Source of the DNA: a virus
Taxonomy: Duplodnaviria; Caudoviricetes
Virus record (IMG/VR): IMGVR_UViG_3300024346_000014
Location: 32,001 to 96,000 of that record
Strand: one strand, 5' to 3'
Length of the DNA: 64,000 bases
Every line of letters starts with the position of its first letter. Position 1 is the stretch's first letter. Made by a program: the position numbers and the translations under genes. This document shows positions 41,190 through 52,042 of this stretch, one piece after another. The notes below the pieces were generated by a model. That model ran no database searches, was not told the DNA's origin, and was given only the letters and a program-made list of their open reading frames with translations.

Positions 41190-42247
41190 ATGATACAAGA
41201 AATAACCCTTTATAGATCGGAAGTTACTGGAGAATTATTTGAATCACAAAGTGCTGCCACTAATAGAGATAATATGCTTCTTAAAGAATATAACGGCGTT
41301 TTACTTGAAGAAAACTGGGGATATGCCAATTCATATATAAGAAAAGTATTATTAAGCGAAATCAAGGATCCTAAAAGCGATAATGCTAAATTAGCAAAAG
41401 ATCTTTATGATGCTCTATATAGTAAAGCAGATGTAAATAATAGATTTTACAATGTAAATCCTTTTGAAATAATTTGGCAAATGGAATATGTCTATTCATT
41501 TAATTCAGAAATTTCTCAAGGAACTAATAAATCTTACTTTGACTATAAACACGCAGCACAAGCATGGGCAAAAGATAATGCAGGCGGTGGCTTTGATCAG
41601 CCAGTGAACTGGTTGGTAGAAAAAGGATTTGAATGGACAGCTACATCCATAACTGGCGGACCGGCTCAGTCTTTTAAAAATAGCATGGATGGTGATATTC
41701 TAATAGCACTTGATGGAGTAGAAGTAGTAGGTAAAGCTAACGCAACTGATGAGTTTATCATAGATGAAGAGGATACAGCAGAAATACGATGGGATTCAGC
41801 AGAAACTGCAGTATTTTCATTCCAAAATTCAAAAGGAGGTATAGTAACTTTTAATCTAGCTTATCAAGCAGCATTATTTGGAACAAAGTAGCTTTTGCAA
41901 TAAGAGGTAATGTGTTATTTAATTAACGTTAAAAGATAAAAAATAATATTATAAAAATGGCAGAAAAAATAAAAGGATTTAAAACAGAAGATGGAACATT
42001 GTTTTCATCACTAGAAGCGGCTAAAAAACACGAAAAAGAACGAGAAAACAGCGAGGCTTTTCTAAAAGAAATTTTTCTTAAAGAAATGTCAGGTGTACCT
42101 AAATATGGAAAATATGTTAATGCGTCTAACTCATCTTTTCGCAGAAATGTTGGCAATGCAGGCGCTTTGGATATATTAAAAGATTTAAGCATTAATTATC
42201 CAACTCAATATATAAATTCTTCTGGAGAAGGTGATAGAGAGCGATAA
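41190..42247 (+). CDS. two hypothetical ORFs (41190-41891, 41957-42247) with similar N-termini
   Basis: YRSEVTGELFESQSAA versus FKTEDGTLFSSLEAA; TATAAATA at 41169. Confidence 0.7.
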
Positions 42248-42964
42248 ATGATTTTTTATACAAAAAACATATTACTTTTCTTCATATGCATATGCCTCTT
42301 GAGTTGTCAAAAAGAGGAATTACTGCCTATTGAACCAGCTGCTGCTGTTGTTGCTCAGTCTCCACCATGTTATACATCAACTGATCTCAATAGCTTTTTG
42401 ACTCAGTATGGAACACATGCAGCTGATATAGTTCCATTAGTACCAAGCGACTATTTTCAAGACGCTAATTGCGGTGTAGCTAAGTGGAAGGCAGATGTGC
42501 GAATACTTGATACTAGCGGTACACTTATTGCAACCGACCTTCAACCTATTTCTATTAATTGGACGTTAGATGATGACATTCCTATTGTAACTGAAGACTG
42601 GACGCTTCCTTTCTATACATACGTAAACGAGGAAATTAATACCGATTGTCCTGGAATCTTTCAACCTACATGTAACGGTTTTCATGAACTACAAATTACG
42701 ATGGAATTTGCAGACGGCACTATTTATAGTAGAAATGGAACGGCGTACGGACAAGTAAACAATGCACCAGTCTCTCTTTGCGAATTAGGTTCAGAAAGCT
42801 ACGAAGCCTCTGACTTGAATATATTTGACTTTGATTGCTTATGTCCTATTGAATTCGAATCTTACGAGTTTTTGGTACAGGGTTTAGAATGGGACTTAAA
42901 TAACGATGGATCCGTTAATGTGTCAGATTTAAATATATTTCTAGCAGGGTTTGGTGATTGCTAG
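42248..42964 (+). CDS. lipoprotein with C-terminal dockerin/EF-hand-like loop
   Basis: LLSC lipobox; DLNNDGSVNVSDLNIFLAGFG. Confidence 0.7.
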   Translation: MIFYTKNILLFFICICLLSCQKEELLPIEPAAAVVAQSPPCYTSTDLNSFLTQYGTHAADIVPLVPSDYFQDANCGVAKWKADVRILDTSGTLIATDLQPISINWTLDDDIPIVTEDWTLPFYTYVNEEINTDCPGIFQPTCNGFHELQITMEFADGTIYSRNGTAYGQVNNAPVSLCELGSESYEASDLNIFDFDCLCPIEFESYEFLVQGLEWDLNNDGSVNVSDLNIFLAGFGDC

Positions 42965-43239
42965 TTTGAGTTGTATTTTGCAAGACGATTAGCTCTCCAT
43001 TTATGTATGAGCTTTTCTTTCTTACCTCTGGATAATTTTTTTATACTTAATTCTTCTTTAGTTGCTAATGATCTATTTTCAAAGTATGTATATTCTTCTA
43101 ATCTAACAGGAGTTCTGCTTCTAGTATATTTAGCACCTTTTCCACTATTATGTTCATTTAATCTTCTTTCAATATCAGTGGTTATTCCAGTGTAATATGT
43201 TCCATCTGAACAAGACAATATGTATACTTTCCAATCCAT
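42961..43239 (-). CDS. GIY-YIG nuclease (YhbQ-like)
   Basis: VYILSCSDGTYYTGITTDIERRLNEHNSGKGAKYTR. Confidence 0.92.
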   Translation of the reverse strand: MDWKVYILSCSDGTYYTGITTDIERRLNEHNSGKGAKYTRSRTPVRLEEYTYFENRSLATKEELSIKKLSRGKKEKLIHKWRANRLAKYNSN

Positions 43240-43251
43240 TGTTTTATGTAA

Positions 43252-44145
43252 TTAAACTAACATGTTTTTTGTTTTGCGTATTGATTCTATCCACTCTTCT
43301 AGGCTCTCTTGGGGTTCCCATTGAAGTACTTCATTAGTATCAGATGGAAACTCCTCAGATGTAAACCTTTCACCTCTGCGTTCAGGTATTAAGTGCCAAT
43401 CTCCTTTATTATATAAGTTTGCAACATCTATTATAGATACGTTTTTACCAGACCTTAGGTGCCATTCTTTATTCATTCCTATACATGCGGCTTTACTTAC
43501 TCCTCTAACTACATCACGTACATGAGTAAAATCTCTAGTCTGAGTACCTGGGCTTACTACGGTCATGGTTTCTCCATTTAAATACTGATTTTGAAATATT
43601 CCAATAACCGTTGCGTAATCTCCGGATGTTATTTGACCTGGTCCATATACATTAAAAAAGTAACATATTTCATATTGTAGATCATACCAACTATTGTAGT
43701 TTTTAATTAATTCTACTATTTTTGATTTGGCCCATGAATATGGGCTTAGATTTTCATCTTTTCCTTCGTTTCCAAATTTTGAACTACTTGCTGAGTATAT
43801 TAATTTAGCTCCCCATAATCTACACATTTCTAATATTCTAGTTGTTCCATGTAAATTTGTTTTCATTACATAATTAACATCATCAAACGATTTAACTATC
43901 CTGGAGTATTCACCAAAATGAAAAACTGTATCGAAATCTTCTTTATCTGAAAATATTTCTTCTACGTCCCATGTAGAACCCGTGATGTACTTTACTTTAA
44001 AATTATCTATTTCGTTTTCTTTTTTACCTGTAAAGTAATTATCTAACACTACAATCTTTTCTATTTCAAGATGATCTTTTAGTAATTGGTTAATTAAATT
44101 AGAGCCAACGAAACCTGCTCCGCCTGTTATTAGTACACTTTTCAT
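43252..44145 (-). CDS. NAD-dependent nucleotide-sugar epimerase/dehydratase
   Basis: ITGGAGFVGS, SPYSWAK, FFNVYGP, GTQTRDFTHV. Confidence 0.93.
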   Translation of the reverse strand: MKSVLITGGAGFVGSNLINQLLKDHLEIEKIVVLDNYFTGKKENEIDNFKVKYITGSTWDVEEIFSDKEDFDTVFHFGEYSRIVKSFDDVNYVMKTNLHGTTRILEMCRLWGAKLIYSASSSKFGNEGKDENLSPYSWAKSKIVELIKNYNSWYDLQYEICYFFNVYGPGQITSGDYATVIGIFQNQYLNGETMTVVSPGTQTRDFTHVRDVVRGVSKAACIGMNKEWHLRSGKNVSIIDVANLYNKGDWHLIPERRGERFTSEEFPSDTNEVLQWEPQESLEEWIESIRKTKNMLV

Positions 44146-44221
44146 ATATGTTAACTATTTTAACTATTATACGAAATAAACAAAATAGGGTTTTAAATAA
44201 ATAATTAAAATATCATACGCT

Positions 44222-45883
44222 ATGCTTAAGAGGCTAACTTTATTATCGAAAATATCAATAGTTTTACTTTTTTTATTAATGACATTTATATTTGTACTAA
44301 ATATCACTTTGATATTTGAATTAATAGAAGTTACTTATATGACTTCTTCAATGTGTTTTATATGCATGCTATTATCAATACCGTTTATACTTATTATAAT
44401 CAAGGATGCTTTAAAAAACCAAAGACTAGAAGCGGTTAAAAGAAATACAATTGAAAACATATTAAACGAGTCATCTTTGATTTCAAAAACAGATAAAGAA
44501 GGAACGATAACTCACGTCAATAAATTGTTCTGTGATTCATCTGGATATAAACCCCATGAGTTACTAGGTAAGAATCATTCTATGTTAAGTTCAGGTAAGC
44601 ACGACATTAACTTTTGGAAAAAAATGTATAATGCCACGGTTGACCACAAAACAATATGGAATGAAATAGTGACAAATAAAAGAAAAAATGGAAAAACTTA
44701 TACAGTAGATTCATGGATAATGGCAGAATTTGATAACAAGGGAAATCATATAGGCTTTATGGCAGTCAGGCATAATTTAACTGGATTGTACGAGTCTTTA
44801 GAAAAACTAAAGAATAAAGAAGATGAAATGACAGGTATCATGAATGCAATAAATCAATCTAGCGCTACTGTAGAATTTTGCACAAATGGATTTGTTATAG
44901 ATGCAAATAACAAGTTTTTAGAAATGACAGGTTATCCTACTCTTCATGAAATACAGGGAAAGCATCATACTATATTCATGGATGAGAGAGAATATGATAA
45001 TAATAACGAGTATGAAATGTTTTGGAAAAGCATAAAAGAAGGAGTCATTAAATATGGAGAATATATGAGAATACGAAAAGATGGCTCTATTATTTGGGTA
45101 GCAGGTACGTATACGCCTATAATAGATTCTAAAGGTAAAACTGTTAAAATTCTTAAGATAGCGAACGACATTACAGGCTCAATAAATCAAAAAATAGAAT
45201 TAGAAAGAAAAAATTCATATTTAGAACATGCATCTAAAATATTAAGACATGATATGCATAGTGGTATAAATACATATATTCCTCGAGGCATATCTTCATT
45301 TGAAAGAAGGCTTATCAAGTTTTCTGAAGAAAACGATATACACCCTGAGGCTTTAGAAAAAATGTTTGAAGGACCTATGAAATTACTTAAAGGTGGTTTA
45401 GCTCATTCTCAAAAAGTATACAACGGAGTTAAAGAATTTACTAACTTAGTAAAAAAAGAATCTACTATGGAAATAGAAAAGGCAGATTTAACACATATAC
45501 TTAAAATTTATTTAAAAAACACTGCATATTCAAGCAGTGTTTCAATATCTGAATTAGGAAACGAAATTGTAAATGTTTCATTATTCTGCACGGCAGTAGA
45601 TAACTTAATAAGAAATGGATTAAAATATAACGATAGTAATACTAAATTAGTTAAAGTGTATAGAAAAAAAGAAAATATAATAGTAGAAGATAATGGAAGA
45701 GGAATGACGAAATCAGAATTTGAAGAATATTCAAAGCCATATACTAGAAAGCGCAATAATACTGAATCTGGAAGTGGACTGGGATTAAATATATGTATAG
45801 CTATTATGAAAGAACATGGATGGAAATTAAACCTCTTAAAAGCGCGAAAAGGAACTAAACTGGAAATATCTCTAGATAAATAA
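44222..45883 (+). CDS. membrane PAS-PAS sensor histidine kinase
   Basis: 2 TM, two PAS/PAC domains, H-box LRHDMHSG, N-box NLIRNGLKY, EDNGRG, GSGLGL. Confidence 0.92.
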   Translation: MLKRLTLLSKISIVLLFLLMTFIFVLNITLIFELIEVTYMTSSMCFICMLLSIPFILIIIKDALKNQRLEAVKRNTIENILNESSLISKTDKEGTITHVNKLFCDSSGYKPHELLGKNHSMLSSGKHDINFWKKMYNATVDHKTIWNEIVTNKRKNGKTYTVDSWIMAEFDNKGNHIGFMAVRHNLTGLYESLEKLKNKEDEMTGIMNAINQSSATVEFCTNGFVIDANNKFLEMTGYPTLHEIQGKHHTIFMDEREYDNNNEYEMFWKSIKEGVIKYGEYMRIRKDGSIIWVAGTYTPIIDSKGKTVKILKIANDITGSINQKIELERKNSYLEHASKILRHDMHSGINTYIPRGISSFERRLIKFSEENDIHPEALEKMFEGPMKLLKGGLAHSQKVYNGVKEFTNLVKKESTMEIEKADLTHILKIYLKNTAYSSSVSISELGNEIVNVSLFCTAVDNLIRNGLKYNDSNTKLVKVYRKKENIIVEDNGRGMTKSEFEEYSKPYTRKRNNTESGSGLGLNICIAIMKEHGWKLNLLKARKGTKLEISLDK

Positions 45884-45922
45884 ACATAACAAACAATAAC
45901 AAACAATAATATTTAAATCCAT

Positions 45923-46360
45923 ATGATTGACTCAATAATGTTAATAGACGATGAAGATCTATTTCACCTAGTATTTGAAGATGCATGCAGTTTATTAGAT
46001 ATAACATTATCTTTACGTGCAATTAACAGTGCTGATAGTGCTGAAAAAATGTTTAAAAAATGGTTCGATGGAATAGAAAAACATGAAAAACCATCATGTG
46101 TTTTCGTAGACTTAAATATGATAGGTTCTTCTTTCGATGGAATAGAACTAATTAGAAGAATAAATTTTAATTACGGTAATCATGTGGTTATTGGAATAAT
46201 ATCATCTAGCGATGAAGAAGAAGAACAAGCAAGAGCAATAAGCGCAGGTGCACAATTCTGGATAATTAAATCAGATGAAATAGAACCTAGGCTGGAAGTT
46301 TTTCTAAAGGATTATCCAGGATATGTAGATAGATCGAATTCTTTTAAGATATACAAATGA
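45923..46360 (+). CDS. single-domain response regulator receiver
   Basis: LIDDED, VFVDLNM (phospho-Asp), ISSS, WIIKS. Confidence 0.92.
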   Translation: MIDSIMLIDDEDLFHLVFEDACSLLDITLSLRAINSADSAEKMFKKWFDGIEKHEKPSCVFVDLNMIGSSFDGIELIRRINFNYGNHVVIGIISSSDEEEEQARAISAGAQFWIIKSDEIEPRLEVFLKDYPGYVDRSNSFKIYK

Positions 46361-46935
46361 TGAAAATAACTTTTTGTAAAGAAACTAAAAATAGGCTTTT
46401 AGAAATAGGCAGTGAAAAGGGCATATATATCGAGGGAAATATCTTAAAGTTAATAGAGTTCGAAGGCGATGAGGAAGTAGAGGCGTATGTGAAAAAAGCG
46501 ACTAAGTTACAAAAGGAAAAACAACGAAAGCGCTTAGATGTAACTAAACAGGTTCAAACTCAAAATAAGCAATTGATAATTGTCAAGGAAGAAATTCAAG
46601 AAGCAAACTCTAAATTAGAAGCAGCTTTAACCAACGCTGAACATTCTAAAGAAAGCGCTTTAAAAGATTTAGATATTCTTCAGAAAAAAACTCAATTTGA
46701 ATTAGTTACAGTTATTGTAAAAATATCATTAGCTATCATAATAGGAGTTGGCGTTTTTACAACTGCTTTGTATATGTTTTCTATATACTATGGAAAAGAA
46801 ACTCAATTAATAGGAAATACCTGGAGTAACATGTTTGGTATATTATTAACTAACGCATTTAGCATAATAGGAACTATTATGGGAGTCAAATACGCTACTG
46901 GTGAAAATAGAAAGTCTTCACAGAAATACGATTAG
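46357..46935 (+). CDS. coiled-coil plus two-TM protein coupled to the receiver gene
   Basis: ATGA overlap; heptad region followed by two hydrophobic helices. Confidence 0.75.
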   Translation: MMKITFCKETKNRLLEIGSEKGIYIEGNILKLIEFEGDEEVEAYVKKATKLQKEKQRKRLDVTKQVQTQNKQLIIVKEEIQEANSKLEAALTNAEHSKESALKDLDILQKKTQFELVTVIVKISLAIIIGVGVFTTALYMFSIYYGKETQLIGNTWSNMFGILLTNAFSIIGTIMGVKYATGENRKSSQKYD

Positions 46936-47306
46936 AAATCTATTTCTAAATCATCATATTCCTGCGCGTCATCTGATGGAATATCATCAACATAGTTGTC
47001 ATTCCCTGTATCTAAATCATCCAGTGTTGAATCTAATATATCTTTACCGAACCTATTATAAAAGGGATATAGTAAATCTTCAATGTACAAAGAACGTGTA
47101 TTGTCTGTTTTTACAAGTTTCATTGAATTTACTATGTCATTATGATTTTTTTGGAGAAAATCATTTATTAACCTAGCTCCGTCTACGTAATTATCCATAG
47201 TAGCAGCTTGAATAGCTATCTTCTTAAGACTTATTAATGGAATTAGTATACTATTTGAATCTTCATTAGATTCAAATATCTCTATATGTTTATGCTTCAG
47301 ATTCAT
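46932..47306 (-). CDS. acidic-tailed protein, paralogue of 2510..2914
   Basis: Leader KHIEIFESNE; DTG...DIPSDD...EIDF. Confidence 0.75.
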   Translation of the reverse strand: MNLKHKHIEIFESNEDSNSILIPLISLKKIAIQAATMDNYVDGARLINDFLQKNHNDIVNSMKLVKTDNTRSLYIEDLLYPFYNRFGKDILDSTLDDLDTGNDNYVDDIPSDDAQEYDDLEIDF

Positions 47307-48564
47307 CTTCGTCGAATGGATTTTCTAAATCAAAATCGAAATCTAACATATCTTCAAAGTCATCTCCTAATTCTTCTTCAGGTGCTTCAATAGCTTTTTC
47401 CATTTCTTTGTTGATATCATTGACATCTCCTGTTAAGATAAATTCTGCAAAACTATATAAAGCTTTCGATTTACCGTGTATTTTAATTACATCAGCAATA
47501 GATGCATATTGGCTTAAATTTCCTCCATATATATTAAAAATATCACCTATTTCGTTTAAGTCAGCATCTTCATAATCTCCGTTAGCTTTAAGGTATGTTA
47601 AAAATGCTTTATAGTACTTATTAACAGTTTCAGCAACATCAGGGTTAGATGAGATGATATTAGACAAATCAGCTATTTCACTAGGATCTGCGTCATCTCT
47701 TATTATTAACTGGGCATATTTCTCTGCAGCTTTTTGTTTTCTTTTTCCAAAAAGTTCATTTAATATTTTAGTAAATCTATCTGAAAAATCGGCAATGAAA
47801 TTTCCACCTGTAATTTCTCTAGATTTTACTCTTTTTCTTTTAAGAGCTCTTGCTTTACCAACTCCAACTCTTCTTGGAACAGGTACCTCTCTACCTCCCA
47901 TATCTTGATAAGTAGTTTCGTAATCCTCTATTTCAGGATCTAGTATATAAACGTCTATTTTTCCATCAGCTGCTGTTGGAAAATTCTTAAAGTCATTTCT
48001 TTTTCTTCTAGGCGCATCTCTATTGTTAGGATCTACTGGATATGTCAAATCTCCTTGATAAGCTTGCCAGTCTCTCAAGATTCTTCCTTCTGCGTCCATT
48101 GTAAGTACTCTGTATTTTTTACCTCCACCTTGAGCTTTTTTACCCCATGCGCTTTCTTTACTATAAATATAATCGAAACGAGGAGCATGACCAGCATATT
48201 TACCACCTGGTTCAGGCACAGCGAGTAATATTCTGCAATCTCCCCAAGGAAGTTTTTCAAGATCTGCTAAGTAACCAGGTTGTTTATATGGATGAACTCC
48301 ATAATTGTTACCTAGTAATTCTGTTTTTTTCATTCTAAAATGATCTAGTACGTCTACAGCGTGTGTAGGTCTATTTTGTGCAATAGGAGGAAGTTCAGCT
48401 TGTCTTTGCGACCCTCCTTTAAACGTAAATGGTTTTATTTTTTCTATCGCATCTGGTAAATTATGTATTACCTTTATTAGTTTTTTAGGCACGCCTAACT
48501 TACTGAGAGTGCTTGCCATTTCGTTTATTGAAAACTCACTAAATCCTTTTAAATAGTTCTTCAT
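47290..48564 (-). CDS. hypothetical protein with leader
   Basis: MKNYLKGFSEFSINE; TATAAATA upstream; acidic C-terminus. Confidence 0.75.
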   Translation of the reverse strand: MKNYLKGFSEFSINEMASTLSKLGVPKKLIKVIHNLPDAIEKIKPFTFKGGSQRQAELPPIAQNRPTHAVDVLDHFRMKKTELLGNNYGVHPYKQPGYLADLEKLPWGDCRILLAVPEPGGKYAGHAPRFDYIYSKESAWGKKAQGGGKKYRVLTMDAEGRILRDWQAYQGDLTYPVDPNNRDAPRRKRNDFKNFPTAADGKIDVYILDPEIEDYETTYQDMGGREVPVPRRVGVGKARALKRKRVKSREITGGNFIADFSDRFTKILNELFGKRKQKAAEKYAQLIIRDDADPSEIADLSNIISSNPDVAETVNKYYKAFLTYLKANGDYEDADLNEIGDIFNIYGGNLSQYASIADVIKIHGKSKALYSFAEFILTGDVNDINKEMEKAIEAPEEELGDDFEDMLDFDFDLENPFDEDESEA

Positions 48565-48604
48565 TTGTAAAAAAATTCTTTTTATTATTTATAACCAGAA
48601 ATAG

Positions 48605-49312
48605 TTATATTTTTATAGTATACGCAGTAACCTTACCAATGCCTTTCAATTTAGTTAAAGGTTCACATGTATGTAGTTGTAATTCAGATAACATTCTTCC
48701 AGATCTCTTTCTTTTACCTGAATAACACTTATGACTATAGTCAGTTATATCTATTTTAAATTTATTATCTTCTAAATATTTTACTATTTTTTCTTCCTGA
48801 GGTTTATCTAAAGAATCTGTAAAACTAAAAGCTAGTTCACCGGCCTTTGAAACAGTTGATTCCATTCGAGAAGCAGTATTGACAGTGTTTCCAAAATAAT
48901 CCCATAATTTTTTATTTTGAATATTAACCTTCTTTTTATACAAAGGTCCCCATGATATCCCCATTCTAATAGACATGATTTGACCTTTTATTTTAATTGG
49001 ATTCTTAACTAAATCTTTTTGTATTTCAATACCTGTTAAAATAGCTTTGTATAACGAATCTGTTCCATCCCATCCAAGCATATAACTATCGCCTATTGTT
49101 TTTATTATGTCACCTCCATTTTTTGGAACTATCTTTTCCATTCTTTTTTCATGTTCTTCTAACGCGTCAAACATTCCGTCTTTGTGTAAATTCCATAATT
49201 TAGAACTAGACTTTACATCTGTAAATAGTATGGCTTGATTTTTCTGTTGTAGTTTATCTAAATCAGATACGCTTTCAAATAATTCAAACTGAGTAATTAG
49301 GCTATTATACAT
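48605..49312 (-). CDS. class III adenylate cyclase, stand-alone
   Basis: LFTDVKSS, IKTIGDSYM, IRMGISWG, DYFGNTVNTASRME. Confidence 0.9.
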   Translation of the reverse strand: MYNSLITQFELFESVSDLDKLQQKNQAILFTDVKSSSKLWNLHKDGMFDALEEHEKRMEKIVPKNGGDIIKTIGDSYMLGWDGTDSLYKAILTGIEIQKDLVKNPIKIKGQIMSIRMGISWGPLYKKKVNIQNKKLWDYFGNTVNTASRMESTVSKAGELAFSFTDSLDKPQEEKIVKYLEDNKFKIDITDYSHKCYSGKRKRSGRMLSELQLHTCEPLTKLKGIGKVTAYTIKI

Positions 49313-49436
49313 ATAAAATATAATTTATATTATTTATAAAAATACTTTTATAGTAATATGGTACTAAGTCTATATAGTCAAAAAGTACTATATGAGTATA
49401 GTACAGTGCTCCTTTTATTACATGTTTTTAGATATA

Positions 49437-50504
49437 TTATTTTAAGTACTCTCTAGAAAAAGTACCATCTTTATATAGTATTATTACTATTCCAGAAAAA
49501 TAACTAGGGTTTATTTCTTGCCCACTAATGTTTAAGTACCTAACTACTTCTTTTTCTCTTTGTCTATTATCTACGTATATTGGACCGAATATTTCAAAGT
49601 TACCGTCCCAATCTCTTTGAATTAGTCTGTAATAGTTTATTTCATGAAGTGGATTCATTTGAACACATGAATAATACTGTTGTGTATTTGAATTACCTGC
49701 GGCCGTTTGTGAATCTATTAAATTCCATTCATATGCATCTATACTCCATTCTACATCAAATGCATCACTGTTAGATTCAGACATAGTCGACCAACTTAAA
49801 ATATTATAATCATTTTTTTGTTCACCTCTAAAATATATTAATTCAACCGGTAAAGGATTGTTAACTGATCCTAACAGATATATGTCGTCTATCCACCATT
49901 CTTCGCCTGGCCTATCTACCAATGATAAAATATCAACAGCCACTTGAGTAGTTCCAAAAGGTAGAATTAATTCTAAAACGGAATATCCATCCCCCGTTAG
50001 CGTTCTATTTCCTCCTCCAGCTGGTGTAAATATATCTAAATTTCCATCTACATTTACTGAAGCAATTTGTGAATTATAATCCCAATAAGCATTGTTAAAA
50101 CCAGTGACTCTTAGTTCAGAAGAATAGTTAGAACCTCCATCGGTAGATATTTGTACTTCTACATAATCGCTAGCATCTACGCCAGACGATCCTCCCGTTG
50201 ATGTAAATCTATATGCTCCTAAATTAATTTGTATTTTATATTCCTTAAATGGATCTAATCCTGTTATGTTTGGTAAAGAATACCAATCATATTCGTCTGT
50301 ACCGCCGCCAGTTCCATAAATAACAGCTGATGTAGGTGCTGATTTTGAAGCGTTTGTAAAAAATCCAGTAGTCGGTTCTGAAAAGTACCAATTTCCATTC
50401 CAATCAAAATCTTCCATACGATCAAATTTAACAGTATCAGTATATGATTGGGAATAAAAAAATTGAGATAGTGATAAGGTTAAAAGTAAAACTAACTTAT
50501 TCAT
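49437..50504 (-). CDS. secreted protein resembling Bacteroidota T9SS cargo
   Basis: Signal peptide; NPLPVELIYF...LSWSTMSESNSDAFDVEWS...YYRLIQRDWDG. Confidence 0.75.
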   Translation of the reverse strand: MNKLVLLLTLSLSQFFYSQSYTDTVKFDRMEDFDWNGNWYFSEPTTGFFTNASKSAPTSAVIYGTGGGTDEYDWYSLPNITGLDPFKEYKIQINLGAYRFTSTGGSSGVDASDYVEVQISTDGGSNYSSELRVTGFNNAYWDYNSQIASVNVDGNLDIFTPAGGGNRTLTGDGYSVLELILPFGTTQVAVDILSLVDRPGEEWWIDDIYLLGSVNNPLPVELIYFRGEQKNDYNILSWSTMSESNSDAFDVEWSIDAYEWNLIDSQTAAGNSNTQQYYSCVQMNPLHEINYYRLIQRDWDGNFEIFGPIYVDNRQREKEVVRYLNISGQEINPSYFSGIVIILYKDGTFSREYLK

Positions 50505-50530
50505 AATATATTAAAAGTTTATTTTATATA

Positions 50531-52042
50531 TTACACTAGCTTTTCTAGTTTTATTATTAGATTAGGAGTAACTGTTTTTTCTATATTAAAATTAGTATCA
50601 ATATTTGAATTTACTATAGAAGATTGACTTTTTGAATTCATCCATCCATCTACTATTTTTCCATCTAGGCTTGATTTTACATGAGAGGCTAAGTCTGAAT
50701 TTTTCTTAACCGTTATGTTCCTGGTATATTTAATTTCTATTTCATTAGGTCCCTTCTCGTGAAATATTTTAGTTTTACCAAATTTCCAACTGTTATCATT
50801 TATAAGATTAAATAGACGTCTCCCGAGAGCCCCCTTGAATATTAATTCGTTAGGTATTTCGTTATATTCAACATATAGGGAATTTATCTTGGATAAAATA
50901 AATTTTTTAAATTGTATATTAAAAAAAATATCTTCTACTAAAGGAACTTTAACAACTTGCATATTTACTCTTTTAATATATAAGCTATTAAACTATTTGC
51001 TTTATTTTGAATGGCTATTGATTTTAAAAAAACATCCATAGAAGCACCTTCTTTACAATTGAATTGTAGTATTTCGTCTTCGTATATTGAAAATTTCCAA
51101 TTTACTTTAAGGGAATCGTGCGTTTTAAGGTTATAATTTCTAATTTCATGAGATACTACAGAATGATGATATATAAATGATTCTTTTTCATAAAAATTAG
51201 AAGAGCATTTTAGCAATTTTACAAGTACATCATATATTGCCTCTGATTTAGAAGATTTTATTTTAACTTTCTTTCCATTCATCTATTTCAGCTTGACTTG
51301 CATATCCTATAGGAGAACCGCATGTTTTACACACTTTTCTTAACCCTCCTGTATTCAGGTTAGTTGCGTTTAATAGCTTTATATCGTATCCATTTTGATG
51401 ACCACATGATGCTACTAATTCGTCTAATTCTTTTAAAAGTTCCTGTAGGGTACTTCTTATTTCGGAAACCCTTTTTGAAATTACATCTTTATCAGCCAAT
51501 TCTTTTTGATTTAGGTCAATGTCTATATTATTAATTTCGATATTGCTTATGAAATGCTGCATTAATCCACAATTCCCATTATTTTAGATTCAGATACACT
51601 TGATACTGAAAATTCAGACATACCTTCTCCAAATTTAGTGTTTAGCTTTTCTTCTACTTCAGTGACAGATTCCGCTGAAACTAGATATTCTTCCTTAGTC
51701 GTTTGTACTTTACCGTTGTTGTCGTTTATTGATTCGAATTTAACTTTTGCTACCCAATACATATTTTATATTTTTTTTTAGTTTATAATTTATATTACTT
51801 ATTATTCCTTTTACACCAAGCTCTTTGAGTCTATAGATGAATTGATTTATTTCATATATACCTAATTTATAAGGTTTTTCATTATACATTACCCAATTTA
51901 TAAAATATGAGTTAGTATAATTACCTACGAAATAAGCATCGTATGAACTATATTTTTTAACAAATTTATCGTGTCCTATTTCAAGATACTCTTTTTTTAA
52001 GTAGTTCTTTTTATTAGGTATTATCTTCTTATTAAAGCTCAC
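50531..52042 (-). CDS. short ORFs (50531-50962, 50965-51282, 51263-51562, 51562-51762 DUF4494-like, 51740-52042)
   Basis: 51562: AKVKFE...GKVQTTKEEYLVSAESVTEVE...ESKIM. Confidence 0.65.

Noticed and set aside
48605-49312. Pycsar defence system
   Set aside because: Purine-specifying residues and no adjacent cNMP-binding effector
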